Below are positions 46,901 through 57,100 of a DNA stretch of 64,000 bases, in pieces. Source of the stretch: an uncultured Candidatus Bathyarchaeia archaeon. GTDB taxonomy: Archaea; Thermoproteota; Bathyarchaeia; Bathyarchaeales; Bathycorpusculaceae. Every line of letters starts with the position of its first letter. Position 1 is the first letter of the stretch. The translations under genes and the position numbers were made by a program. Location: NCBI GenBank assembly GCA_964450845.1, contig CAYVGZ010000001.1:15060-79059 (forward strand), given 5' to 3'. Below the pieces are notes generated by a model, which did no database searches, had not been told where the DNA came from, and saw nothing but the letters and a program-made list of their open reading frames with translations.

Positions 46901-49900
46901 ATGAGAACAGACGATGCTGTAAATCATTTTTCAAATGCAGTATTAGCTGATACACTATATACGTTAGACTTAGAAAAGGAGCCAACCCTTGCTGTCTCTG
47001 AAGGCCTAGCTAAAAAATATGAGCAGGTAAAAATAGTTAACCTTCAAACAGATACATTAGTTGGAGACGAAAGAGTTAATGCTAAGATATTAGAATTTAA
47101 TAGACAAGTAGATAAGCGGGCTAAAGAGATCGCTGGCGGAAAATTTATTTCACCAGAAATAATAGAAGCAGCTGAGAAAGAAGTTGCAGGCAAGGGTGAC
47201 TGGGGAATAGACTTGTCTAGCGAAATTTTATCTGCAGGTAAGTATGGTGGAGAAGTTAAGACTAGAAGAAAGTCTCTTCATGGTAGAATAGTTTCGGCGT
47301 TACTAGAACCTGATAAAACATCACTTGGTAAGACTTCAGTTAGACGTCTATTAGTTAAGGTTGAAGAAACTATTTCTGGCAGAGATATATTCTTTGGGTC
47401 TCAAGCACAAACACCAGCAAGCCATGCTCTAATCGGAAATATTACTGTACTATCAGAAGGTATATCAAAAAGAATACTTGGTGCAGGTAAAGACTTTGTA
47501 ATGAGTAATACTCCAGAATTTTTAAAGAAGGGTCATATTGGGTCTGCTAAGGATGTAATGATTAGCGGACTACTTAAAAAATTATATACAGACCATGAAA
47601 CTACAACTGATCCTGCTACTAAGCGTAGTATTAAAAAGCTTATTGATAAAATTACAAGGGCCCTGGATGCCACTCCAGACATTGAAGGAAATAGAGTTAT
47701 ATTTAATAAGAAAGATATTGCTTATTCTAGTGACCTTAAAACTAGAGTACTAGGTAGTACTGATGTTAGATTAAAACAGATTATTCAATGGTATAAACAA
47801 GCTGGAATAGTCTGGAATAAAACTGAAATCGAAGACCTACATAAAAATGGATTTAGATTTGAAGCAACCTTTAAACCATATATGGATCATTTTAAAAAGA
47901 TGTCCAGACTAAGCGACGAACAGCTTAAAGCAACCTATGAGGGATGGGAAGGTCTTACTAAAGAAGGACTAAATGCAGCTAGGGATGATATTAAGGCATT
48001 TGAGAAAATGATGTATGATAATGTTCATAATACAGAAGGATCAGTAAAGCTATTTAGAGTTGTTCCTCAGATTGATCAAGGCTTCACCCTTGGTATTTTA
48101 GGTTATGGACCAGTAGCATTATATAGGCAAGATGCTAGGGGACTAACTAATAAAGACCTAACGTTTAGACAAGACTACTTCTTAGGGCTTAGACATACAT
48201 ATCATGGTCAAGATAAAACTACCATGGACTTTGTAGCTAGGCACACCTTTGCTTCAAGGTTTGATACATATAAGTCTGTCAGAAGAACATATACAAGATT
48301 TCTCGACCAACTCTTTTCTGAAAGACTAACTAAAGAACCTCTTAATATTAATGCTCTAGACTATTTACTAGATATTAAACAAAGGATTGCTTTACAATCT
48401 AAAGAAGCAGAAATGGCAAGTAGAAAAACTTGGAGCAATATGAGTGCTGGTGAACTGGCAGCTGCCGCTCGAGATAGAGATAATTTATTAGAAAAAAAAT
48501 TAGAGCTTACTGGAGCAGAAGCAGATGCTCTTAAACGTGAACGATTAGAGATAGCGGACGCTCTAAATGCTAAAGAAGGCGGATCTAGAATACTAGAAAA
48601 TGTTAAAGGTATTAAGAGATTTTATACAACTAGAGACGTTGCAAAGTTATCAGAGATAGCTGCAGAAAATAATGGAATAGTGGCTTTTAGTTTACCTGTT
48701 TCAAATAATGCATTAGAAATTGATCTTGATCAAGTTGTAGATAGGTTTCAAGGACAAATGCCAGGGAAACCAAAGTGGGACGCAAAGCAAATTACAAGTG
48801 CTAAAGATAGGCTTAAAAGTATACTGAGAAATAAATTAAAAAACTCAACTAAAGATTCTCCACTAAGATTTAATGAAGACGGAAAGTTAGTATTGGGTGC
48901 TCTTGTTATGGACTGGGATCCAATGGCAGTTAATCAATTTGATCGTTTAAGATCAGTAGACGCTTGGAGGTCTAACGGTTCAACTGAAATCAAAATGAAT
49001 GTGCTTAGGGCATTACACGAATGGCAGAAAGTAGTAAAAGAAGCTGGCGGTGGCATGGGAACAGATGTTTCTGCTGCCCAAGATAAGTTTATCAGAGCTT
49101 GGACTGTCTTCATGCTTACTGGAACTAATGCTGATAAAAACTCTCAATTTTGGAAATCAGGTCAATATGCTCCGCCTTCCCTGAAGTCTTATGCGGCAGA
49201 TATGACACAACTTCAACGATCAGTTATACAACTTGAGCAGTCTAGACCAGGTGCGTTTAAAAGGTATCGTCAACAATTTAAATTACTTAAAGAAGCTAGG
49301 ATGGATACTGTACTTATATCTGAAGAGGCATTTAAAAAAATGAGAATGGTAAATCAAAATGGAGAACTAGTAAGCGCTGCTAGAATGATAGAAGATCATT
49401 TTAAGGCACAAAATTCTACAATTGGAAAAGAAATTGCAGAAGGTAGAAGATTGCTTCCTGGAGGACTAATAGAAAGATTTCCTATTCCTCAAGCAGGAGA
49501 CAGAGGTATGCAGACGATTAATTATTTAGTAATGCCAAAAAAAGCATTAGAAGCTCTTGGTGCAGATGCAAATGCTATTTATGTTAATCCTGTTTATTGG
49601 GCTGGACAAGGTGGTGACTTTGATGGAGACATTATATTTGCTCAATTAAAAGAACTTGGTATTTTTTATAAATATAAAGAGCTTAGAGAAGCAAATGATA
49701 GAACTTTTCAAAGAATACTTGAAACTCCTGATATGGTCGACTTTATGAAGAATAATCAAATCGTATTAGATTCTAAAGGAAACGTTACCAAAGAAGTAAA
49801 AATAGGAAATATGAATTCTGTATTATACAGTAAAGGCGACAAGACTCTTATTCATACTTATGATTTAAAAGGAAATGCCAAACAAGTATGGGTTGGCTCA

Positions 49901-51004
49901 CATATGTTAGATGTTAGTGATAGAGTTGGACATGTATTAAATCTAATTGGTGGTATGGCATCATCTAGTCCAGCGTATGCTACTAGTGCTAGGGTTTCAC
50001 AAATAGCTGAGTCTCAAGTTAATACCTTGATATCTAAAGAACTTATACCTCTTACAACTAACCTTCTCAAAAAGAGAGTCAAGCAGATTTATGGAGACGC
50101 GCACATTAGAAAAAATCCATTACGTGTTCAAAACTTTGTTGGAAATACATTGCATGGCCTTGCTGGTATGGCTCAGTCTGTAATAGACCTGGCTAAGCAC
50201 CCAGAAGAAAGAGCTAAGTTATCTAAGGTTTTAAACTTTTTCACTACTGGTAAGGCTACACCTGAGGTTAAAGAATTATATTTAGAGCTTGAAAAAAAGG
50301 TAAAGGGTAGTGCCTTTGACGAAGAATTAGCTTCTGCTGACTTTGATATACTCTCTGGCCGAATAGAAGCAATTGAAACTGTATCTAAACGTAATCCTAC
50401 TTTCAAAATGCATGAAAATGCTAAAGATATGTACTACATGGGAAAACAGGGAGCTACGGTATTTGACTCACTAATGTTTGATAGCGATACCTACTTTGAT
50501 AATTTATTTAGTCCATCAAAGCCAGCGTCAGCAATGGACCAGTTAAATACTGCTTTTTCTAAACGACTTGGTAAACAAGTAGATATCTCTCCTGTGTTTA
50601 AAAAGGCAGGTAAATATGGCGCAATCGGTTCCGCTGTATTTATGGGACTAAGTTTATTTACTCCATTTGGAAATAGTAAGTCATTGAATCCTATAGATAT
50701 GTTTACAGATATTGGAGATATAGACGGTCAGCGATCTTCAATTTCAAGCCCATTAGAATTGTCTAGATCACAGCCACTAGATATGGTTAATGCCTCTTTC
50801 TCAAAAGAAGCATTCATACGTCAGAATAAAAGCAATTCAAAGAAAAGCCAAGGGGCTATTATGAACTCTATATTACAGAGCTCAATGCTATCTAGAGTAG
50901 ATGCTCCTTTTGAATTTCAAGTATCTTATAAAGGAACGTATTCGAACTATACTAAGAGCATCAATATGATTGGAACCAAAGAGCTTAAAAGGAAATATGA
51001 ATAA
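43937..51004 (+). CDS. Giant protein (2355 aa) with DnaQ-like DEDD exonuclease motifs and a two-barrel RNA polymerase catalytic DPBB signature (DFDGD)
   Basis: N-terminal TM helix. Exo motifs are VVINLDLET (D579/E581), KNGFMFDLRAI (D723) and AHGSPRVDAAF (H831/D837). Polymerase signature is ERFPIPQAGD (R1847-D1855) ... AIYVNPVYWAGQGGDFDGDIIFAQ (D1894/D1896/D1898). Confidence 0.6.
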   Translation: MANYNPFKRRDDQDKEDKNWFMKTSIKVAAGAGTAFGIYGLWKMRGPAKKILEEAMDKEMKRKISIEQSNNMDKHSFDIAENWNKEQRDLLNETWGEGKNPFFADPKESWGKVDTPEYTKINISIIETDIISDLEREASYLSPNAEIRKIQPGEHFSGADWIAINKKKTKILRKVVSLSGSEAEQFARLRQEAIAEYLETYMFTGVEREVAERLEEMSELSTYFSSKDYLDSDRITDGFGKKSVDRITTIHNAYMEDKQYADIYQRKIKQLYRRFKLFSHRTRTAKIGEPERVQFNGGGYRKALYGNILGEVIDPKSLASKPLSALPLFDSTNPEVKMTKDITSMGSNNWGPENRFSKLQQTNYTGRIFNLDKTLKGLQDEGNIAGYSITLIDYGTKSFPDKRLRISLLHTDAAIGKNKSYQIEIPLGIDGRIPGATPGLQYAAERYHIVGNVYGKSDEMVQLINTTELNLIEVEKALKGSLMTGWDSFQDNPDKFVRQVNRMVRQIIAQNATANGSRYDLYNAMSVDIPAIRDLFDSSRPKFASARRTAESYISSARAMKRIINARHNKKKSVVINLDLETLDNTGASPGAAILSKNSQITKYGIVVQDMNSAKILDHFEESNWSGYKHFKNIDNRRKGTGFNDKLRKWLRDSVLPEGTPVGMEVEAYEELLKNEGAVDVGDRTAVVKRITDKVRAIKADLMKKGYSEDEIFIATKNGFMFDLRAINMDDQSFAKEFEGNFIDIQALHAFKNNALGENNALNIERVMQRLMGEIGEPGVNYSIKNQAGITNIMKALKKKGRSIQGGGTSLLNWTDPFWEYKGRAGIVKAHGSPRVDAAFVAALLMKEVASYTAESSYLDHADYMARLLKMSSGPRRPEDLIELFRMINEKYFEGFGVASFRSSSQRMISNLVANFIEPAEMSAFADPYNTSGIRRRHAMPFNLRLKKSYIDKFGGPANAANLHKQHLGEFLMTTSIEDANRALNNYIMRTDDAVNHFSNAVLADTLYTLDLEKEPTLAVSEGLAKKYEQVKIVNLQTDTLVGDERVNAKILEFNRQVDKRAKEIAGGKFISPEIIEAAEKEVAGKGDWGIDLSSEILSAGKYGGEVKTRRKSLHGRIVSALLEPDKTSLGKTSVRRLLVKVEETISGRDIFFGSQAQTPASHALIGNITVLSEGISKRILGAGKDFVMSNTPEFLKKGHIGSAKDVMISGLLKKLYTDHETTTDPATKRSIKKLIDKITRALDATPDIEGNRVIFNKKDIAYSSDLKTRVLGSTDVRLKQIIQWYKQAGIVWNKTEIEDLHKNGFRFEATFKPYMDHFKKMSRLSDEQLKATYEGWEGLTKEGLNAARDDIKAFEKMMYDNVHNTEGSVKLFRVVPQIDQGFTLGILGYGPVALYRQDARGLTNKDLTFRQDYFLGLRHTYHGQDKTTMDFVARHTFASRFDTYKSVRRTYTRFLDQLFSERLTKEPLNINALDYLLDIKQRIALQSKEAEMASRKTWSNMSAGELAAAARDRDNLLEKKLELTGAEADALKRERLEIADALNAKEGGSRILENVKGIKRFYTTRDVAKLSEIAAENNGIVAFSLPVSNNALEIDLDQVVDRFQGQMPGKPKWDAKQITSAKDRLKSILRNKLKNSTKDSPLRFNEDGKLVLGALVMDWDPMAVNQFDRLRSVDAWRSNGSTEIKMNVLRALHEWQKVVKEAGGGMGTDVSAAQDKFIRAWTVFMLTGTNADKNSQFWKSGQYAPPSLKSYAADMTQLQRSVIQLEQSRPGAFKRYRQQFKLLKEARMDTVLISEEAFKKMRMVNQNGELVSAARMIEDHFKAQNSTIGKEIAEGRRLLPGGLIERFPIPQAGDRGMQTINYLVMPKKALEALGADANAIYVNPVYWAGQGGDFDGDIIFAQLKELGIFYKYKELREANDRTFQRILETPDMVDFMKNNQIVLDSKGNVTKEVKIGNMNSVLYSKGDKTLIHTYDLKGNAKQVWVGSHMLDVSDRVGHVLNLIGGMASSSPAYATSARVSQIAESQVNTLISKELIPLTTNLLKKRVKQIYGDAHIRKNPLRVQNFVGNTLHGLAGMAQSVIDLAKHPEERAKLSKVLNFFTTGKATPEVKELYLELEKKVKGSAFDEELASADFDILSGRIEAIETVSKRNPTFKMHENAKDMYYMGKQGATVFDSLMFDSDTYFDNLFSPSKPASAMDQLNTAFSKRLGKQVDISPVFKKAGKYGAIGSAVFMGLSLFTPFGNSKSLNPIDMFTDIGDIDGQRSSISSPLELSRSQPLDMVNASFSKEAFIRQNKSNSKKSQGAIMNSILQSSMLSRVDAPFEFQVSYKGTYSNYTKSINMIGTKELKRKYE
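50944..50955 (+). promoter_or_regulatory. GAACTATACTAA motif copy inside the 3' end of the 2355-aa gene
   Basis: The 15-mer GAACTATACTAAGAG is identical to 19436-19450. TATACT ends 51 nt before ATG 51004. Confidence 0.3.
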
Positions 51005-51186
51005 TGAGCACAATTGAAGCTAACATTACAATAGATATTCCTGATGGCATCGATCCACAAGAAATGATTAACTCCCTACGATATCAAATATCAAATATTA
51101 ATGGAAAAGATACACACGTTAATATAGTGGAAGTTGATAATCCTTTATCTTTAAGCCCAATTACAATGAAAAAAATTAAGGACTAA
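51004..51186 (+). CDS. Small hypothetical protein (60 aa) between giant genes
   Basis: TAATG-coupled ORF. Confidence 0.4.
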   Translation: MSTIEANITIDIPDGIDPQEMINSLRYQISNINGKDTHVNIVEVDNPLSLSPITMKKIKD

Positions 51187-51187
51187 C

Positions 51188-54100
51188 ATGGCAGGAGACG
51201 TAAAAATCAAATTTCTTAGCACTGAAAACCTACCAGCATTTGGCGAGATACTTCATAGAGCGTTTCTGAAGGAAGCTAAAGAGCTTTACGATGTTAGTAA
51301 AGACTATGAAAAGCCTGATGTATGGAATAAGGTAAAAGCTGCCATAAGTACAGTTTATGAAAAAGCAGGCTTAGCTAAATACGAGGATATTAAAGAAGGT
51401 TATACAGAGAGACTTAGGATAGGAGATATTGTCTTACTTGAAGACGACAAACGCGCCTATGCTGTTACTGGTATCAGCAATGATAATGTAAGGACATATC
51501 CTAGGCCTATTGCTAGGGATGTTGATTCACTTAAACCTTCAAAAATTGGTGGAAGAAGTGGAAGAGTTAAAAGACCAAACCTTAGCCAAATTAAAAGTGA
51601 GTCCTATGAGAATATAGTTTTAGAAAATTTGCCAGATGAAATTATTAATAGAGAAGCTAAGAATACTGCTACATTTAAAGCTATTTCTCTATCTGATGAT
51701 AGTACCCATTTGCAAATTGGAGATCTTATTCTTGGTGTAGACCCAATACAACTGTCATTTACAACTCAAAATGGCTACCAGTATTTCCCAACTTTACGCA
51801 CTAGTGGAAATCCAAAGCTTCCAACAATGCAGCAAATTAAGAATATAACTATAGTATTAATGTTTCCAAATGTAGACGCAATTAACTATCAGTTAATTCC
51901 TTTATATGCAATGTTCAGGCGCACCCCATTTGTTAATATTAAGAATAGAGACCTGCTTAGATTCTTTAAAGATGTAGCTAGTCCTACTGGTTATATTCCA
52001 GTTGCGTTAGAAAGTATTCAAATACAGTCTATTGACGGGTTCCCTAATTCTTTACAAGCAACTATATCCGTTCTTCCATTTGACCCAGGGCCAACATCTA
52101 ATGGAAGTCTTCAAGCATTAAAGAGCTTTGATGATGTTTTTATCCAGCAAGAAAGCTTGAGCAAAGATATAATTCTTAATAAGATGATAGAAACTGCTGA
52201 TTTGAAGATGCAAGACATATCATCTTTACCTACTACTTTTGATTCTTTAACTCAAATTGTTAGTGAAGCCAGCGAAAATTTCAAAGAAAGTTTTCCATTT
52301 AGAGCATTTTACCAATCCCTAATAGCAGGAAGAAAGTCTGTTTTAAATGAAAACGGAGAAGAGGCTAAGCTCTATAACTCAGATGACTCATCTGCTTTGC
52401 TTGCCAGCGATATCTCATTTTTGTCTCCAAGAAATAGAGAAAACTTCTTGCATGAATACAATATAGAAGCAAATAGAAAGCAAGTAGGATTTAAATATAC
52501 ATATGTAACTCTATTTGATAAAGATAAAAAGGAAACACCAAATCTTGCTGATATTGGAAAATACTTTTCAGATGAACGAATAGATAGTAGAGATAAACGC
52601 TTAGACTCATTCAGAAAGCTATTTGATGCAATAGGAAGCTACGAGGGCCTAGCTAATACTATGTTCTCTGCCTTTCATAATATGTCTGACGCATTTAGAC
52701 CTATTGAGTATGAATTTAGTAAGATGGACAATTTGGTTAATCATGTCCTAGCACTACATGGAGTTGATCCAAAGATGGTTGTTAAAGGTACTCCTAGCAC
52801 TGGCGCTGGATTTTTAACTAATCTTGGAAAACTTATGTCCTTTCTTACTAGAAGTACAATGCAACAAGTTGGAGTTGCTCCTATAGCTTCAGCTATAGAA
52901 GCTATTAATAAAAACATAGTAGCTGATGGTAAAATAGATTATAATAAAGCTGCGGCAGACCAATGGGCTCTTCTGAAAAAAGCTGGCCTGCTATATAATG
53001 AGGCTAATACTGGGGAACTAAGCAAGTATGGTATTCACACATTAGATGGAGCATTCCAAGCACTGTGGGCATGGATAGAAGAGGATAAAAGTGGTAAGCG
53101 TAAACAAGATTTTATTGTTGTCTTACAAGACATAATGAATGCGCTTAAAGGAGATCTTTCTACTTCTATAATGGTTGTAAACGCGGGTCAGTCTGTTGAT
53201 GAGTCAGAATATAAGATTGTTAGATTGCCAGTTAAAACTGTTGAATTCTATATAGATAACAAGACTGATGTTATAACGTCATGGTCTCTTGTATATTCTA
53301 ATAAGTTTGTTCCAATTAATCTCCTAGCGTATAAGTATCCATTTTATCAACATCTAGGATCAGACGATCCAACGTTATCTCTTTCTATTACATCTGTTCC
53401 TAATGGCGAAAGATTTGATCTAAAAGAACAGCTTGCTCTACTTTCTGACAGAATGTATGACTCTGTTAAGTTAGTTAATTATACGTCTCCTGACTTATAT
53501 ACTTGGATGGACCCTCGAGTAGAACTCGACTATGCTCCAGGACATATATTTCATTGCTTTGGAATTCATAAGGTTGTTTTAAACTCTTCTAATTCTACTA
53601 ATATACAAGGCCAACCAGATGCTTGGAACACAACAATTAATCTTACCCAAGCAAATTTTAGTCTTGAACAGTATCATAGCATTAGCTCGGCTAATAATTT
53701 AACTGAAATTGATGCTATAATTTCACAGCTAATTCCAAGACTTCGCATTGATGAAAGTGGAAACCTTACAGTCCTCGCGCTAAAGCATCCTACAGAAACA
53801 TTAACTTTAGATGAAGTAGTTTATCTATCATTCCTATTTTCTACTCCTGGTCAAAGATACGTTGAGCATGTTGACCAAATGATTAAAACATATGGAAAAT
53901 TAGAAAATTCAAAGAAAGTAACTGGTAAAGACTTAATTAACTTGCTTGCTCCTAAAATGAAATTGTATTATAGCATGGATCCAAATCAAATAGACAAAGG
54001 AGCAACTAAAAAACTTGAAGCTCTTTGTCTTGAAAATAAGAAGTTTAAAGGACTAATTACTGCTATAGCTAAAGAATACGAGCAGCTATTGGAAGTGCAA

Positions 54101-57100
54101 GCAGATGCTTTTATTAATATTATAGATAGAGAAAAATCTATATTTGAGCAGGTTGTCAAAGGAATTAGAGACTCGAAGAATGTTATAGCTGGCGCAGCTA
54201 TTGGAGCAGCTGGCCTAGATTATACTTTGCTATTTTTACTATCACTTGGTCCAGCTGGACCTTGGGCAGCGGCCGTAGGTGTAGGACTCATAGCTACAGG
54301 TGCACTTTTATATACTGGAGTAAATATAGGGGCTGAGCTTGCTAGGAACAAAGTAAAGAAAGACCTCTCAGCACTAGTTGCTAATATTATTAATGTATAT
54401 AAAAAAGAAATTTTGTTAGAGCTATCTAGAGCTATAGTAAAAGACCCTCCTATTAGGAGACGACTTCTTAGTAAAGAGTTCATATCTCTATTAAGACCAC
54501 CTACAGTTGATGGAGACCAAGTAGATATAGAAAAATATATATCACAAGTACAATATCAAAAGAGACTTAACTGTTATCCTGACTTTGACATGCCTGTAAT
54601 TTGGGAAAGCGCAGATAGGATATATAAAGCAAGTCCTGACTTTTATCTTTATAATTTTTCTAATCCTCAAACTTATATTAATACATATGTTAAAGAGAGC
54701 ACAGATAGACTAATTAAAATTGGTAAAATGGGAATGCAACTTGCCTTAGTTGAGCATAAAAACTTGTATGAGTCTCTAGAACAGCTGACAACCCAAGTTA
54801 GTAGTCAAGGTGATAAAAATATTCAGAATGTTTTATCTGGAGTATATACAGAAATTGGGTATGCAAACTCAGCAGATTCGTTTTTAAACCTTGCTCAGAT
54901 GTATAGATTGGTTGCTTTCAAAGATGAAAATATTAAGACAAGCGATGTATCAACAGAACAAGATACGACCTTTTTAACTGAACAAAGAAAAGAAGAGCTT
55001 ATAAAAGAACACGAATCAGTTAATTCTGAATTAAAAAAGACAAATCCTAAACTTTTTGAATATGAACAAACAATACTTAATTATATGCTTAGCATGGATA
55101 TTGCACCAAAGATTCAAGACACGAATATAATTAAGTATAACATTGTCTGGACTGCCAGAATGAAAACGTTGATAGAACTTATAGCACTCGGATATCAGAT
55201 ACAGACATACTTTGCTTCTGAAACTGCGTTAAAAGGAAGCATATCTGTTGCTGATAGTTCAGCTAAAAAAGACTTGAACAAATATGTAGAGCAAGAGAAA
55301 AAGAAGCAGCAATTGTCTGGACAAATTTTAGAAAAACTAGTTAGCTTAAAGGCTGATGTATGGGCAATTCTAGAAAACTGGAAAGATGCTACTTCTAAAA
55401 CAGTCAACTCTACTACTGATACTAGGTTTAAAACTTTAAAAAAGAAATATAATAAAGGCTTCTTTGCTGAGACTATTAATGATAGTAGCAAAGAAGAGTC
55501 TTCAGATTTTCTACAGGTGCCTTCTATTAGAAATTTAGAAGCTGAAGTATATAATAAAATAGGATTCTTTATTAGGCTTAATACAGTTATAGAGCTAGCA
55601 AATGGCGGGAACAGTGTGCTTAAACCATATAGTGGTAATGTTCCTAATCTATCTCTGGACTCCCTTCCTGAACTTGGTTTTATTGACGCATTTAACGTAA
55701 GACAGACTGAATCAGTATTTAGAGCACTTGAGATTGAGCGTCAACTATTTGACTCTATGCAGAAAAATAAGAACGTTACACTTAAGTATTTTCCTACATT
55801 TAAAATATTTTTTATAGAAGAAGAGAGTAAGAGATATCAAGTGTTGGATGATTACTATGCATATAATGCTGTGCAGTCTATAGAGATCTCAAAAAATAAG
55901 CATTCATCTAGCGTAGTTGCAGTTATACGACTAAACAATTTGAATGGTACAATTACAGATAAGTTGTCATTTCATCGCGAAAGATCTGACTTTATGCAAG
56001 CGAATGATTTCTTAAATGAAGATGACGCCTTTTTTGGAACGTTAGATGTTAAGCCTGGTACTAAAGTTCAAATCAAACTTGGATATGCTGCTAATGACAG
56101 CGATCTTCCTACGGTGTTTACTGGAAGAATTCTAGAAATGAACGCGGGACCAGTTACAGAAATCATATGTCAAAGCTATGGTGCCCAGCTAAATCATAAA
56201 GTACTTCAAACTAATGTTGGCTTCTTCTCATCAGAGAAAGAATATGGAGACATAGCATCGGCTTTGTTAGATATTATTCCAGGTCTTGAAAATCTAGGTA
56301 AAAAAGAAATTGCATCATTTGGACTTCTTAGTGGTTTTACTGGACGAGATCTTAAAAAAATTAGAACTAGTCTTTTCGACAATTTCTTATTAAGCACAGT
56401 GCTAGGACGTCTGACTGCTAATCTTCGCGGATTTGATAATCCTAGGGATGAAAATATTTACTTGCCATTTAATTTATCTATATACCCTAAGTGGAAACCT
56501 CGCTTTGACTGGGTAGTATATAACCAGAGCGTATGGGACTCTGTTAAAGAATTATGTTTATATTGTAATAATACTGAAGCTGTGATTAAACAGTACAATA
56601 ATGATCCTTTATCTCAACGAGGAGAACAAAGGGAAACTATCGTAATTGGAAATAAATCTGGATATTATAAGTGGACAGATTCTTTAGCTTTAAGCTCGAT
56701 TGATACAGATGATATAGATAATAGAATAGCAAAGTTTAAAGACATCTTATCTAAGGATGGTATTAAAAATCCTCAATTTACTACAGCTGGTAAACAATAT
56801 AAGCTTAAAGGAATTCAAACTCTTAGAGAAGATAAATATAGATTGTTATCTCCTCTTAAATTTGTTTACGATAACGTTAAGACAACTTTTCTTCCTAAAG
56901 GAATAAATAAACCAATAGGGTCTGAAGTCAAGTATGCTAATCTTAAGCCTGAATTTCTTCCATTGTGGGAATGGTTAAGCGATCCGTTAAATTCTAATAT
57001 TATAAAGAAACGACTATTAAATGAGCTCGATCTTACTATCAAAACTGTTTCAAACTTTGCAAGCGAAGCTTTTAAGCGTCAGTTTAAATCATTTGCTGAC

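Noticed and set aside
49835-49873. GDKTLIHTYDLKG, about 70 aa after DFDGD, as the beta-subunit-like GDK...KG lysine motif of the second barrel.
   Set aside because: Its spacing from the Asp triad and its internal spacing differ from beta GDKxxxRHGNKG. A short motif alone is not convincing, and I also could not place the second barrel upstream. This needs profile or structure analysis.
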